Shown here: piece by piece, positions 9,801 to 23,354 of the stretch
Layout of the letters: every line of letters begins with the position of its first letter
Numbering within the stretch: position 1 is the first letter of the stretch
From: Zygnema circumcarinatum SAG 698-1b
Lineage: Eukaryota; Plantae; Zygnematophyceae
Assembly: GCA_037447605.1 (NCBI GenBank)
Contig: CM074806.1
Coordinates: 1,922,001-1,986,000, forward strand
Reading direction: 5' to 3'
Length of the DNA stretch: 64,000 nucleotides
Position numbers and translations under genes: made by a program
The notes under the pieces: generated by a model
What the model was told of the DNA's origin: nothing
Databases searched by the model: none
The model's input: only the letters and a program-made list of their open reading frames with translations

Positions 9801-12800
9801 TTTGAGAGTCGCTGAGATCAATATGGAGTCATTAGCTGGGAACCAAACCGGCTTTCAAAGCAGAGTGAACATAAATAAGTATGAGGAAGGACAGAGGAGA
9901 GGGGAGTGAGAGTGAGAGGGCTCAGCCCCTTACCACGTGGCCATGGTCATTGCGTGCCACAGTGCTCGCGTGCTCCTTGAGCCCCTTCACGATCTTCTTC
10001 CTCTCCTGCTCTGCCAGCGGCAGCAAACACGCCGAGGGAGTCATCGCTGTGTGAACGCATTCAGACTGAATTTGAAGTAAAGTGATGTTTGGACTATCAC
10101 ATAAAGAGCTCGAAGATGATTTGCCAAATGCTTGAAGTGCTTTTCTGCTCTCACTCCACCGTACAGCGAGCTATGCAATACAGTATCTGCCACAGCCTTT
10201 AATGTCTGCAGAGGTGCCCCTAAGATTTTCAATCTGCCTAACCACAAAACGACCTTCAGCTGCTGCCTATTGATCAACTCCGCAACTGCACCTAAAAAAC
10301 ATTTTGACAAACGGTAATTCGACTTTCACGAACTTTTGATTTCGAACTCATATTACTGAAAACCCTACAAACCCATACAGAGCGATGCCTGCACCCTCTG
10401 GGTGGAAACATCACATTCAGCGCCGCCCATACAAAGCAAAAGCGATGCCCTACCTTGGCTGTGCCCCTAGCGACGCAGGCGGAGGCTACCCGCGCACCAC
10501 TGCGCGTGTGGATCATGCGCACAAGGAGGGGGCCGGCCACGCTCTGCATCACGTCCTGTCCCATCCTCTGCATACAACTCCCAGGCAGGACACGTCAGAT
10601 TCTGAAAACCCTAAATTCTGATTCTAGAAATCTTAGGGGGTCGAAACATGGAGGGTCCTCAATAGTTATGGTTCCAAGAATCTGACAATGGTTGGCGGCA
10701 CTAGCTCTCTCTCTATACAAGAAACTGGGTTTGGCGGATGCAGGGAGCAGCAGAAGGTCGCAATCTGAAGGAGGGAGCACGAGAGTTGCAGACGGAGAGC
10801 GAGGGATAGAGTGAGAGGACTCAGGTAGTAGCAAAAGGAATGGTGCGAATGGCAGACCCACCTGCGGAGCAGCGGCGATAAACTCTTCTAAGGCTCGGTG
10901 GATGATGGAGTGGTCGAGAATTCCCTTTTCCAGAATGGGTTGCAGCGCTAACGCCATGTGCTCCAAGATCGCCCTCTTCTTTGGGGCCGCTGACTCGGCC
11001 AGAATGTCTGCCAGTCTGCAATGCTCAGACAAGCTCCCATTTCTCAGCAAAAAGGGAAAAAAAAAGGCCAGAAAATTGGAAAATTGATGATCTTACGGCA
11101 ACAGTACTATCATGGCAGAACTGAGCCGCGAGGGGCTAGCAACGCCATGCGCACACATTCTTGACACTTGCCATGGAAATATTGTCTACAATCATGACGT
11201 ATCCATGGAAAGAGTGGAGCAAACGAAGGCTATCGATTTAGCAGTTTGCAAATCACGAAGCTGCAGGCATCTAAAGAATAGGAAAGCACCCAGGACTGCC
11301 GCAAGTTCAGTACTTAAAGTTTCACTTTCTCGAATGTGAGCCGGGCTTCACAACCGCAGTCACACCATTCAGAGTTGTAGTCCTCTAAAAAAACAAATCT
11401 AAGTGAATTGAAGGAGAGCTTCAACCACATCGTAAGATGTTTTCATCATCCTATTGACGGGATGATCCCACCGCCACAACGTAAAGCGTCGCAGTGACAA
11501 GAAAGGTGAAGGTTAGGCTCTAGTGGCTAAGGATGCAATACAGTCTATCAGAGTACACGACGGGTCCATAATTTGAATGCAAACGAACCCAGCAGAATTG
11601 CTCACCTGCCCTTTCCAGTCTGAGCGATACCCTTGAAGAGACGAAATTCAGGGGAGTAAAACTCGGACAAGAGAGTCTGCTTATCTGCCGCGTTTGCCCG
11701 ACCGTAGATGTGCTCCACCACTGCAATGGCCGGCAGACACAGGTCATATGGGGTTCAAAGGGAATCGCACCGTCCTATCTGCCTCAGGAATGTGCACATC
11801 TGATAGAATCACCGCTATCACTGGAATCGCTACTCTCTGAAATAAGGAGCTAATAGGGAGTGCAACACAAGTGAATTGTCGGATCGAAACCAGGCAAGAC
11901 AGATTGCCAAATGAGACGGAGAGTCTTGTGCAGAAGCATTCAGCATCATTCCATCTACTTTTGTAATTCTGATCCTCCCATTGCTGAGTTGGACATGTCA
12001 CACGGTGTGGCTTGTATAGATGCTCGAAAGAATACCATGAGAAGCACTCGGATGTCGTAGCAAGGCAATGACGTGGCCATGGAATTGAGACAACATCTGT
12101 TGGCGCTGCTCCTTGCTAGCTGCATCAGAAACAGTCCCATCCTTGCTTTAGCTTTTGATACACTGAAACAAACGTATCAGCACAACGCTACCTCAAGCCA
12201 TGGAAAAGTTCATGGGCTGCAAAAGAAGAACAAGAACTGAGCATGCGATCATCCCTCTTCCTTCTCGTAGCCACACACGCAATTCTCCCCATTCAAGAGG
12301 TGCAGAACATCCCCCCAGTTCTGCAAACAGCACAGCGGCCTCTCGGCTGAGCGCACCATGGTCAAGCATGCGGTTAACCAGGTGGTGCGCGTAGGTGTTG
12401 CGGGCCAATGGGACGCAGTGGGGTCGCAGCTCATCAAAAACAGCGCCCCTCTCCTGCGGACTGCAGTGCTTTACGCATGCCTAGGGGTTTCCAACAAAGC
12501 AATCCACATATCCTCATGTCACTTGAAAAAAAAGAAAAAAAAACTACACCGCATGTTGGTGCCCCAAATTTTATAATTGCAGACCACTGCCGTCAGTTTT
12601 TTCTATATTTTTTCCTGTCCGCCGAAAGATTGCACTCTCAATGCGGCTCTGAAAGTTCACTTTAGAAAGGCAACAAAGCTAGTTATGGACGTTCCATCTC
12701 GAAGGTTCAATGCAAAACGTTGACTGATGAAATTGCCAGATCATGGACGTGAAAGTGTACCTCTAAAGCAGAGCGGATTGAGGGTTGCCCACCTGCAGAA

Positions 12801-14595
12801 TACGAGAGGAGGTCGGCGAGACTGCCAACTCAAGAAGCTTGCCCTTTATTTTTCCCAATATTGCAGTCACCAGCCTGGTCCAGGCCCCTATATATCACAT
12901 CACAGGATTCTCTCTTTTGACGATCAACAACAAAGGTCAAGCCTGGCAGCCACAAATTTACATTACGTAGCCTATGTTTCAAATCCGCCGTTATGGCTTC
13001 AAACTCATGCAGCCGACCTACATAGCCAAATCCAACCACAAGCTCTCATGAATCAACCATTTTCAAAATCAGGTCAACGCCTACATCCACCAACTCTAGA
13101 GCCTACAGCTACACGACAAAGGCTGATGCCAAAACCCGAACTCGTTAAGTTTAACGAACCCAGTTCCTGACACAAATTCAAACCTATCTTAGCTACGATC
13201 CATTGTCCCCAGAGGAGGTCAAATTCACATCCATTCACATCAAAAACAGCACCAGAGCTAAGCCCGCAGTAAGCCAAAACAGCCTAAACCAGTCGGTTTT
13301 GGAACACTTTAATCTGAACCAGAAAAGGTGTACTGAAAAGTGATTTCCAGGTGTACTCACTTGGAACGCTCTTTAACTTCAATATTGCGAACTCGGAGCT
13401 TTTCCCACATCACGACGACACCCTGTACACAGTAACCAATCAGGGGAGTTGCTTAAAAATGATTGAATTTACCAAGAGATCACATACAGGTGGGCATGAC
13501 TATTAAGCGAAATTGATAAACGAATAGAGATTCCTGTATGACAGTATAAAACAATTGGAATGATAACAAGCACATCAGGACTCAATTGTTGGCACTTTCG
13601 CTGAGTTCCCAACGGACAAGGGTCGAATAAGTAGCACATGAAGGCAGGCTTCACACACACACACGAAGCGTGGTAGGAATCCAGAGGGGAAGCACAACTT
13701 CCAATAAAAACTGCATTTTTGTCTCCAAATTTGGCATGTCTTCGATAATCACAATTTATATGTCAGTCCCATCGCCTGGTTAGTCTAGCAGGTCACGCGC
13801 AGGGAGGGGAGCGCCTTCAATGCACCCTGATGATTGGGATTCCCTAATCACAAAGATTCCAGCAAAAGCCCATGCCAGTTTTCAGGTAGCTGTTGCACAA
13901 CGTGGACTCGGCAGACCCGGAAAGAAGTGGGCCAAGCTGACCTTTTCCAGTTCGTAATTGGGTCGGCGCTTCATTTTGCGAGCCTCTGCAGCTTCCTGTT
14001 TCCAAGACCAGAATGACAAAAGGGGCAACTTACAACCTTAATCCGGCCAAAGATCTGCCAGAAAAGTGCAAGAGCCCTCGTCCAGAGACCACCAAAACAT
14101 CCACAAGCACGAGTCGTTTAAATTGAATATGCTGAGATTGAGCGTGGGTCGTGCAGGACATATTGGCTGGAGCTGGATCCCAGTGAAGGTAGTTGATGCA
14201 TAAACTAACAAACCTTTCGAGCTGCACGGTCCAGTAAGGGCTTCTTATCATCCTTGCTGCCATCTGAATTCCTTGTTCCTACGAATTCTGAAGCCAACTG
14301 TTCTCCTGTGCGCGGCTTCTTTGGCGGCGACATGTGACCAGTAGCAGGAGCAGAAGATGTTGCCTTTGGAAGATCCTTCCTTTTCCTGTCACACCAAGGT
14401 AGCAAAAACCCCATAAAAAACATCGGACAACTGGCAGACGCTGTATGCCTTTATCCTTAAACTACAATGGCAAGAGGGAAAAAAAAAAAAAAAAAAAAAC
14501 TAACGATTACATCCAGATGCTGTAGAGTACTTCAGCATGAAAGAGTAAAGCTGACAAGCTCACTTGCTGGCTTGCGGAGAATGCGGCGCCGCCAT
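6868..14595 (-). CDS. PUM24: Pumilio homolog 24 / Puf6 / PUF-A nucleolar RNA-binding protein (multi-exon)
   Basis: First exon MAAPHSPQAS (ATG 14595, donor GTGAG at 14563). Family-typical segments: ELAVSPTSSRILQ, ARNTYAHHLVNRMLD, LQPILEKGILDHSIIHRAL, ERKKIVKGLKEH, VVDDTLLVRK, GRLLVLHLLAP, SKKDPQVRRWELL, DDFFASRTIRRLV, LWAEGH. Last exon ends in a basic tail, KKSKEAKDGRKRKK*. One exon start is hidden by the N-gap at 9081-9090. Confidence 0.88.
8546..8641 (-). repeat. Coding (GAG GAG AAG)n repeat encoding (EEK)n plus poly-E in PUM24
   Basis: CTCCTTCTC tandem units on the + strand, in frame with the GISKKDP exon (ORF 8408-8686). Confidence 0.85.
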
Positions 14596-14744
14596 AACTC
14601 CCTCCTTGCGAGGGGGATGACGCGCTCAGGCGTCGGCCGCCAACCCTAATTCGCTCGGAGGGGCAGCGCAGAAGCGGCGCCCAGAGCTTTCTCCCGCTTT
14701 CAGTTCCGACGCCTGCAGAGGAGGCGGGGCGCTTGTCCCCCGCA
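14596..14744. promoter_or_regulatory. 149-bp bidirectional promoter region between PUM24 and amidophosphoribosyltransferase
   Basis: Divergent ATGs at 14595(-) and 14745(+). Telo-box-like CAACCCTAAT at 14641-14650. GC-rich. Confidence 0.7.
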
Positions 14745-17700
14745 ATGGCTGCTGCGCTGACCTCCCACCGCCTCTACTATGGCGGCCTCGCAACGCAGGC
14801 CCGGGACCTGGCATCTGCTCCAATCTGCCACGTGGACGTGGTGGCCTGCTCCAGCCGTCTGGACACACAGGGGGGCGGCCATGCGCTTTCAGGGCTTGCA
14901 GGGCGCCATATTGCAGGCCTTCTTAGGAGCAAGAGGACAGCAAGGAGCAGTTCGAGGTGGGACAGGCGGGCTATGACGAGGTGCAGTAAGCAGCCTGTAG
15001 AGGCTGAAGGCAGCAACCCCATGGCGGAGCGCCTGGCGGAGAGGTGGGAGGGAGAGGGGCAGGAGGGATGGGATGAGATGGACAGGCCCCGAGAGGAGTG
15101 CGGAGTTGTTGGCATCTTTGGGGATCCTGAGGCGGCTCGGTTGACCTACTTGGCGCTGCACGCTCTGCAGCACCGCGGGCAGGAGGGAGCGGGCATTGTC
15201 ACCAGCGAGAACGGCCGCATGCGCTGTGTGACGGGCATGGGCCTCGTGGCTGATGTGTTCGACCAGACCAAGCTGAAGGAGCTCGAGGGGACATCGGCCA
15301 TCGGGCATGTGCGTTATGCGACAGCTGGAGCCAGCGTTCTGAAGAACGTGCAGGTATCTGCAAGCAGCTGAATTCCTGTGTCTTCGCTTTTGATAAAATT
15401 GAGTCGTATTTGGGATGGCGCTTAGGTGAGGGATAGGGTCAAGGAGTCTATTCAGTCTATCCTATGGCTTGCTTCTATAGGTTTGTTTGTTTTACCGCGG
15501 GTAGAGTTGCTACCAAGGAAATTAATTTAACTTCAATGGCACGTGCAGGTAGGTCTTCAGAATTCCAAATTTCAGCCCAGAAACACAAAGTTTTTGAGTT
15601 GAATGGCAATAATGTGCCTTTGGCTCTTAGTGATGCCTGAATTTGCATTATAGGGGCCTCTTGTCCATTCTTTTCGACCAGGAACAGTGAGTTCACTGAA
15701 TGGTCCAGTCTCTATATATGGACCATTCAGAGACTTTGTTTATTGAGGGCCCTCTAGAACATTACCATTCGTTAAACTATCTGTGTTTCCCTTCATTGTT
15801 TTTGGCTGGCACGCGCAACGTAGTTCCTTGGACAGTGACACCGTCTTCTCATTAATAAGTGGTGAAATTTATTTAACTCTCTGACCGTCCACATAGCTTT
15901 GCACCAATTTCCTCTCCTTTGTGATTTAAAGACCTCAGGTTAATTAAGGCTCTAGAAGTCGACCAGCAAATGAGGTTGTCAATCTGCTTGTTACAATGAC
16001 TCAGGCAGTTATGACATGAAGCATACTTCCGGAGTCCTTATCACAAAGTATGTATGCTAGAGCTTCAGCCACACGTATACCCTTCGCGACCTTACTTCGT
16101 CAAACCTGAAGCTTGATTTTTAGAGCATTTCTGTGATTGGTGAAAAGGAACGGAACTCATATCTTTCCGTCTAACAATTAAAGTTGACAAAGCATGATCG
16201 CCGTTGACCTTGGCACTGATTGTAGAAGACAAGGCGGAGTTAGTTAGTTAACAGAGAAGCCAACTTGGATAGTTTTACCTGTTGATGAGCTCGTGCATGT
16301 TTAACAGGGCGATGAAATTGGTATGCTTTTCATATTTACATTGAAGGAATTTACATTTTGATGCCTGATGAAACATGTGCAAAATGATAATGCCATGAAT
16401 TTGTAGATGCAACCAGTCAACAGTCAAGTTATTGAAGCACGGGGTTCGAATGATGTTCCTCTTGTTTGTTGTCGTGCTGCTTGTTCTCAGCCCTTTGTTG
16501 CAAGGTATCGGTTTGGGGCGGTGGCTGTTGCCCACAACGGAAACCTTGTGAACTATGAAGACTTGCACGTCATGCTGGAGGACAAAGGATCCATCTTCAA
16601 CACCTCCTCCGACACTGAAGTGGTCTTGCATCTTATTGCAATGTCTCCGGCACGCCCCTTTATCTCTCGTCTTGTTGATGCCTGCGAGCAGCTGGAAGGG
16701 GCCTATTCCCTCGTGTTTCTGACGGAGGATAAGTTGGTGGCAGTTCGCGACCCACATGGGTTTCGACCTCTGGTCTTGGGGCGGAGGGAAAATGGCTCCA
16801 TAGTTGTGGCCTCTGAGACTTGTGCGCTCGATCTCATTGGAGCTACTTATGAGAGGGAGGTGAATCCGGGGGAGGTAGTTGTAGTAGATTCGGACGGTGT
16901 GAGCACCCTGTGTCTGATGCCACAGCGACAACGGAAGGCGTGCATTTTCGAACACATTTATTTCGCTTTGCCTCATTCAGTCGTTTTCGGGCGTTCTGTT
17001 TATGAGGTGACATTTCATCAACCCCGATTCCATCTCTTTTCTTATTCTTCAAAGGCCAGTGGAGTTACATTGTGCATCCTGAGTCAGATTCATTTGTTAT
17101 ACCTATGTCCATGTTCAAATCGACACGGGGTCGAGGCAGATTGTCTTTTCTGTTTTTTTTGAAAATGGTCAGGGACATAACGCAAGCAGATAAGGACTGG
17201 GATAAGGGAGCAATCATTCATCGCCCGCGTTTTGTTTAGCAATTATGTCATCCTCCCTCAGCTAGTTTCTTAAGTGATGTCAAGCAGAAGAAGGCTCTCC
17301 AGCTTCTGATTGCGTCCAGGGCCTAAGCTATAAGAGCTGTACTATGATGTCATGAACCTTTGACCTGAAATACCTGATCAAACTGATGAAAATGCTTGAT
17401 TTAGCAACTATTGCTCCCCTTTCTACTTATGCAACCTTTGCTGCGCCTTATTTCTCTTTTTCTGGCTTGTTTCAGTCGAGATATCGCTTTGGCGAGATTC
17501 TGGCGGAGCAATCACCTGTAGATGCGGATGTCGTTATCGCTGTTCCTGATTCCGGGATTGTCGCAGCGCTGGGCTACTCAGCGAAGGCCGGAGTGCCATT
17601 CCAACAAGGCCTTATTCGCTCACATTATGTTGGCAGGACTTTCATTGAACCTTCCCAAAAAATTCGTGATTTTGGTGTGAAGCTGAAGCTCGCACCTGTG

Positions 17701-18693
17701 AAAGCTGTACTGCAGGTACTAATATCAGCTTGTCCTGTATTTCAGGCTTTTCATGTTTTTGTTTTTTGACATGCAGCGCAGATGGAGCCCACCAAGCTCT
17801 CGTCATGAATGATGTCTTGCAGCAATGATGTGTTTCCTGGCCTTTCAATTGAAGGTGGCCAATACTTAATTGTTTGATTGGTTGATTCACAGGGCAAGCG
17901 AGTAGTGGTGGTTGACGACAGCATTGTGCGGGGCACCACGAGCTTTAAGATTGTTCGCCTCATCAAGGAAGCAGGGGCTACAGAGGTCCACATGCGGATC
18001 GCTAGCCCCCCCATTATAGGTTCATGTTATTATGGAGTAGACACACCTTCTCGCAAGGTGCGCCAACTTCTCCACCTTGCATTGCATGTTTACCCAAAGG
18101 AACAAACTATTTGCTATCAAACGATAAGAGCAGTACTCTGTCTACCAAGGTGCCGTTGATCTCTGTGATAAACGAAGGTTGGCGTTCCTCTTATACTGAA
18201 GATACATGGAGATAGCTTGCGACAATTCTGAGATGAATCTGACTGCGTCAGAGGACCGAATTGCATCAAGACCACTGGCCCATGCATCGTAATACTAATG
18301 TTTATCGTAAGCTCTTACAGATGTTCACAAGCACGCCATACGTCATAAGGAAAGGTGCTAATGATAAATCCTCCGGGCTTCTCTGTGTTACAGGAACTCA
18401 TCTCATATCGATTAGGCTTAGAAGAGACACGACAGTACATTGGTGCCGATACGCTCGCCTTTTTGCCCCTTGACAAGCTGCATGGGATGCTTGGCGAGGA
18501 TGCTCCTACATTCTGCGATGCTTGCTTGTCCGGGAACTACCCTGTGCCTCCAGCGGAACTCAGGAACGGGTTTGAGGCACCTGAAAAGTATCTGACAGGA
18601 GGGCGGCTGCTGGATGAAACGAGCAGTGATGAGAGTTCAAAATCTGCCGCAAGCAATAATAGCGGGCCTAAGGATGTGCCCGTAGCAGCGTAA
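14745..18693 (+). CDS. purF: Amidophosphoribosyltransferase (glutamine PRPP amidotransferase), with probable plastid transit peptide
   Basis: Exons 14745-15353, 16491-17006, 17476-17715, 17893-18057 and 18394-18693, all GT-AG. Motifs: PREECGVVG (Ntn Cys after the propeptide), [46 protein letters not shown] (PRPP loop), Fe-S Cys segments SCYYG and FCDAC. Confidence 0.97.
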
Positions 18694-19650
18694 TAACCCT
18701 TGTTTAGGCGGGCCACTTGGGTATGAGTCTGTGGGACTCGTCGTCTGAGTGGGAAGGGCAGAGTACTACAGTTAATGGGGGGAGTCGGAGCCTTCGCTTT
18801 TCCATTCCGTTGAAGCCACAAAGGGGAAGCTTCTATTACATAGCTGGGATTGATTGATAAGAATTGCATTGAAGGAAAGGCGAGGGATCAGCAAAAGCGT
18901 CGGCAGTTATATGAGGCAGTGGCTGTTGTTCTACAAGGTGAAGGTTGACAGAGATTCGCAGCAGGTATGGCAGGCATGGTGGTCCCGATGTAATTAGCAG
19001 GTGCAGGGCAGGGAACTTTTAAGTGATTTGTCAGCTTAATTTTGCAATATACTTTGAAAGGGCACTGGGCAAATATACACCTGATTTTTCCAACTTCCAA
19101 CGCTCTTCAAATCTGGGTGTTCGGTGTGGTATGTTACTGTTGTGGTGTTGGCTTGAGTCTGTCCTTAAGTTTCACTGCAAGAGTGACTCGTTGTCCAGTA
19201 GTGCTAAAGGGATACTACTGTCACATCTATGACTACAAACGGTGTTTGGGCACAGATACCACAGAGACCATTGACTAGACCTCGTAACATGCGGGCTTCA
19301 GGGATAAAATGGTATTGAAATGACGGAGAACGGTTGATAAGTGTACTAAGGCCCGTGAACAACCTTTGTTAATGTTTATCTCGGCCAGTTAAATTCAACT
19401 TCAGATTTTTTGACCGAATCAGTTCTGGCTTGAACTTTTGGAATTGCGGCGTCGGCTTTGCTTTCAATTGTTCACCCGCCCGCTTTTAACTACGCCTTGA
19501 AAATTCCCCGCTGGGCAAATTTGAGACTTTGTTTCACCATGTTCCAAAATGTGAATCGGGAGGATTGCAATCTGTGCGGAATCTGAAATTTGCCATTTTC
19601 CAAATTGTTGAACGTGTTCAAAGCAAGTTCTACCTCGAACCTGTTCACCA

Positions 19651-20033
19651 TAGGGATGGCCCGCGTTATAAATTCCGAATATATTATATAATTTACAACG
19701 GGTTTAAAATTAGTAATATATTACAAAGTAAAACACTTTATTACATATATTATACCCACTCGTTTTGAACAAGTAACGACCGTACGACCGTACGAGTACG
19801 GTCGTACGGTCGTACCATACCAAAATTAGGTCGTTTTGGCGTTGGCGTTGCGAAATGCGTTCGTCTGGTTTTCTGTCTGCTCGCGCTCGGGCCGCATAAT
19901 ACCGTACAGTCGTACGACCGTACGACCGCACATGTTGTAAAGGCGTTGTAAATTAATATATATCAGCCGTTATCTATTCGTCACAGTTGTATAATATAAT
20001 ATATAATATATAATCGTAACTAATCCATCCCTA
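19651..20033. mobile_element. hAT-family MITE, copy A (383 bp)
   Basis: TIR TAGGGATGG...CCATCCCTA (Ac/Ds-like). Exact 8-bp TSD GTTCACCA at 19643-19650 and 20034-20041. Internal CGACCGTA-type repeats with eight GTAC cores. Near-identical inverted copy at 53477-54704. Confidence 0.93.
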
Positions 20034-21278
20034 GTTCACCAAAAGTAATTTTCGTAAGACAAATGACAGTCAGCGCCATTTAAGATTTCAATTCCAGACG
20101 GGTTTTTCATTTTGAATATTTTTCTTTTCTCGCAAAGACCGTGGTACGCTACACACATTCTGATTCTGTAAAAGTACAATCAGCGTTTGATGGGGGAGTC
20201 ACAGATGTGTCGAGTCAGCATGAAGCGCAGTCATGAGATTGAGGAGCTGACATTGAGGGGACAAGGAAACTTGACAATGAAAAACATGTTCACCTCGTCG
20301 ACAAACATCCTGGATTCAGAGAGCTTCCGCACAGAAAGGACTGCAGCCCTCGCCAGATCCTCCTCATCTCCACATTATTACTTCCTAAATCCCCAGACAA
20401 GTGAAGCATGCCCATGCCTGAGGGTCACGCCAAAGCAATCGAGGGATTCTGGCCAATGCAGTCCATGCATCCACAAATCCATACATACCTGACATCAGAG
20501 AGCTCGGGTGAATGTGAAAAAATCTTACAATCAGATCCACTGGCATGTCCTGGTTGCTACTGAGACTCAGACTAGCTAACACTGTTTCACGGCAGAGAGC
20601 GGAGAGAGGGCTAGCTAAAGCTATTTCACCGCAGAGAGCGGAGAGAGCAGAGAACACCCATCCAAACTCCTTACAGAATGGTATTCTCGATGGTACACAC
20701 GATGCCAGAAATGGCAGCTCCACAAAAGAATCAAGACCGGAGATTATTAGAATCGATAAACCATTCTGAATGTGGGTATATCTATCTTTAATGCATAAAT
20801 AACACTAGATTCCTATAAGTCCTTGAATAAATAAGTAGCCCCTTATTCTAAGGGCCCTCTCTCCATTCCGCGCCGTTTAAAAATATAAGGATCCATTCGG
20901 GCCCTCCATCTCCGCAGCAATCCACACTCCTTTCTCCATCATAACCAGCTGATGTCGCGTGAAAAGCCGCAGTTGAAGCCCTGAAGCGATGCTGTTTCTG
21001 CCACCGTTTGTTGGAACCGAAAAGTCTCATGCATACCTGTGGGAGTGATATTCCGCATCCCTCTTCCGGCACCGAAAGACATTCCACTAGGAGACCCCCT
21101 TTGCTGGCCGCTATTTCACTGTCCCTGGCTGCCTCACTGCTTCTGCGAACTCACAGCACCTGTACGGTCATGACACTCAGCACCTGGCCGGACCTGTGTA
21201 CAGCTGTACTGAAAAACTTCCGACTGCGACAAAACTGCCACCACTGTCACCTTCAGCTTCTGCTAGTGTTGCAGCTGC

Positions 21279-23351
21279 TCACTCACATGCAACTTTCGTA
21301 TCGAAGCTGCTGAGACATATTGCAAACGCCTGCAGCAGACAGCAAATAGAGCAGAAAGGCTCCCATAAGCCCATCAGCTATGCAAGATAAGGATGAAAAC
21401 TGACTTGCAAAATGCTGCAATTCCTTTCGGAAGGTTCTGAATACCCTGACAATCCTTACCTGGAAGGCAGAGAGAGGATAACGGTAGTCCATGGTAAAAG
21501 TGTCTTTGCCAATCTTTCCAAACTGCAGTAGAACCGGTTTATCTGCATCTGATGCACCGCCACATTCCACCAGCTGGAAGTTCTTCACAGAGGCCACTGT
21601 CACTCGACCGCGGAAATTCAAACACCAGCACTGCAGCAAAAAACACAGTAAGCCACACACCCTTAGCCTCTCAGTTTTCCATGAGAAATGTACACCTTCA
21701 ATGAGCTGAGCCACCATATTTTTTGAAACTACGCCTCTTTCAATAAAATGCAACACCCCTGATCCCAAAACTTCTATAACGTGTATGATCCGCACGGTTT
21801 GACTCCAGCTTTCGCAAATGCAGCTGTTGTAGGGCCTTAGAGGTGGCCTTCCGGCCAGGTTTACACCACCCACTACCAACTAGCCTTCTCCAGCAAAAAC
21901 TCCGTTTGCTCGTCTTACGCACCTGCAGCTGTTCATGCCAGCGTGGAGGCTTGTTCTTCAGCACAAGCGGCTCTGAAGGGACGCAGCCATTGCAAACAAC
22001 GCAGCCACAGTCCCCCACACTTGCACTGCAATCTGCCACCGCTCCCCTTGATCTGCTTGCAACTGCAGCACTACCAGACGCTACTGGCACAGCTCCCCCC
22101 TCCAAGTGCTCTGCTGCCTCTTCTGCGCACCCTGTGTGGATTGCCATGCCCTCTACGGAATCCTCCTCTGAGGCCACACCATGAAGAGTGCACTGGATGC
22201 GGCGGGGGCCCCGAGTTCCAAGCACATTGAGCGCATATGCTACTGAAACCACAGGGGCTGCAGGCTGGCTGCCCCGGGGTGGGGAGACGCATCCCGCGCC
22301 CCATGATGGGCTGTTATTGGAGGCAGCTGCAGGCACTGAGGAAGCGCCGCTAGGCTGGGCCACCTGCACGCGAGCCCTAGCTCGTGTAGGTCAGAAGTAG
22401 CGCATATGAAATTCCGTAAGGATTTCTGGGAGGCCTACAGTGCATAGCCAGATTCCTTTCGTCTAGTCTACTAGCAGCAAGGATGAATTGGCGAGGTTGA
22501 AGTTTAGAAGTCGGATACTGAGGTCAGGTTGACGGTGACAAGACATAAGTAGAGCTTACCGGATGAGAGGAGTCAAAAATTGTGAATTTGGTGCTAAGGA
22601 AATTGGCCCGCAGGCGTCCCAGGTAGGCGCTGCTCGTCCGCGAATATGTGTGCGGGTCCAGAGAAATGATGTACTCCGTACTGCAGTCACATGTACACAG
22701 TCAACATCACCAATCTTTATCACATTGCGGTTCCCCCTCCACTCTTCGCTTCAGCTACATTGCAATCCGGAACACAGGACTAGCTAAGCCCCCCTACCCT
22801 CCCAACCACAAGTCCTGAAGCCGGATAGGGAGACGAGGAGGCGACGCTGACCAGGAGGGCCTCCACCCGCACTTGCGCGCAGCCATGAGGAATTTGCCAT
22901 TCTCCGTGGGAGTGGGCGGCAGGCCGAGGTAAAGTGTGTAGATCCCCGTCTTGCGGCTGCGGCGTATGAAGCACTCGATGCACTTGTCCCGCGGGCCCGC
23001 CTGCCGCAGATGCTGCGGAAACGTCAGCGGACTGCAGGCCGCCTCGCTGCTGCTCGCGGCCGCCAGATCCCTGCACACCCGCGTCGCTGTCAGCCTCTCC
23101 TGCCCGGCCGCTGCAGCCCCCCTGCCCGCATCCCTAATGGCGGCCCCCTCCCCGCACCATGAGATGTCGCGCCAGGCGCGGCACACGCCCGCCGCCGCCA
23201 CCACGTTGCGCCGCGAGGGCCACTGCGCGTCGCCTCCCTCCACACGTGCGAGCACGTCGCGCAGAAGCTCCGGCGGCAGCACGCCCCAGTTCGGCGCCTC
23301 CTGCCTCTCCTCGCGGGCCCTGCGCTGCCCCTGCGCGGCCGGCACGCCCAT
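21279..23351 (-). CDS. TLP: Tubby-like F-box protein (plant TLP family)
   Basis: F-box [14 protein letters not shown]...[12 protein letters not shown]. Tubby domain segments: [31 protein letters not shown]...[104 protein letters not shown] (stop 21279-21281). The start codon is the least certain part. Confidence 0.93.
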
Positions 23352-23354
23352 CTC

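Noticed and set aside
11368-11451. Possible C/D-box snoRNA (ATGATGA...CTGA on the minus strand) in a PUM24 intron
   Set aside because: No terminal stem or recognisable rRNA antisense element, and the segment also looks like a splice-acceptor tract.
16275-16976. 233-aa minus-strand ORF
   Set aside because: Antisense shadow of purF exon 2.
22794-22880. Apparent frameshift in TLP after AARKC
   Set aside because: Resolved by a canonical donor TCCTG|GTCAGC, giving KCGWRPSC-TEYIISL, which matches the family.
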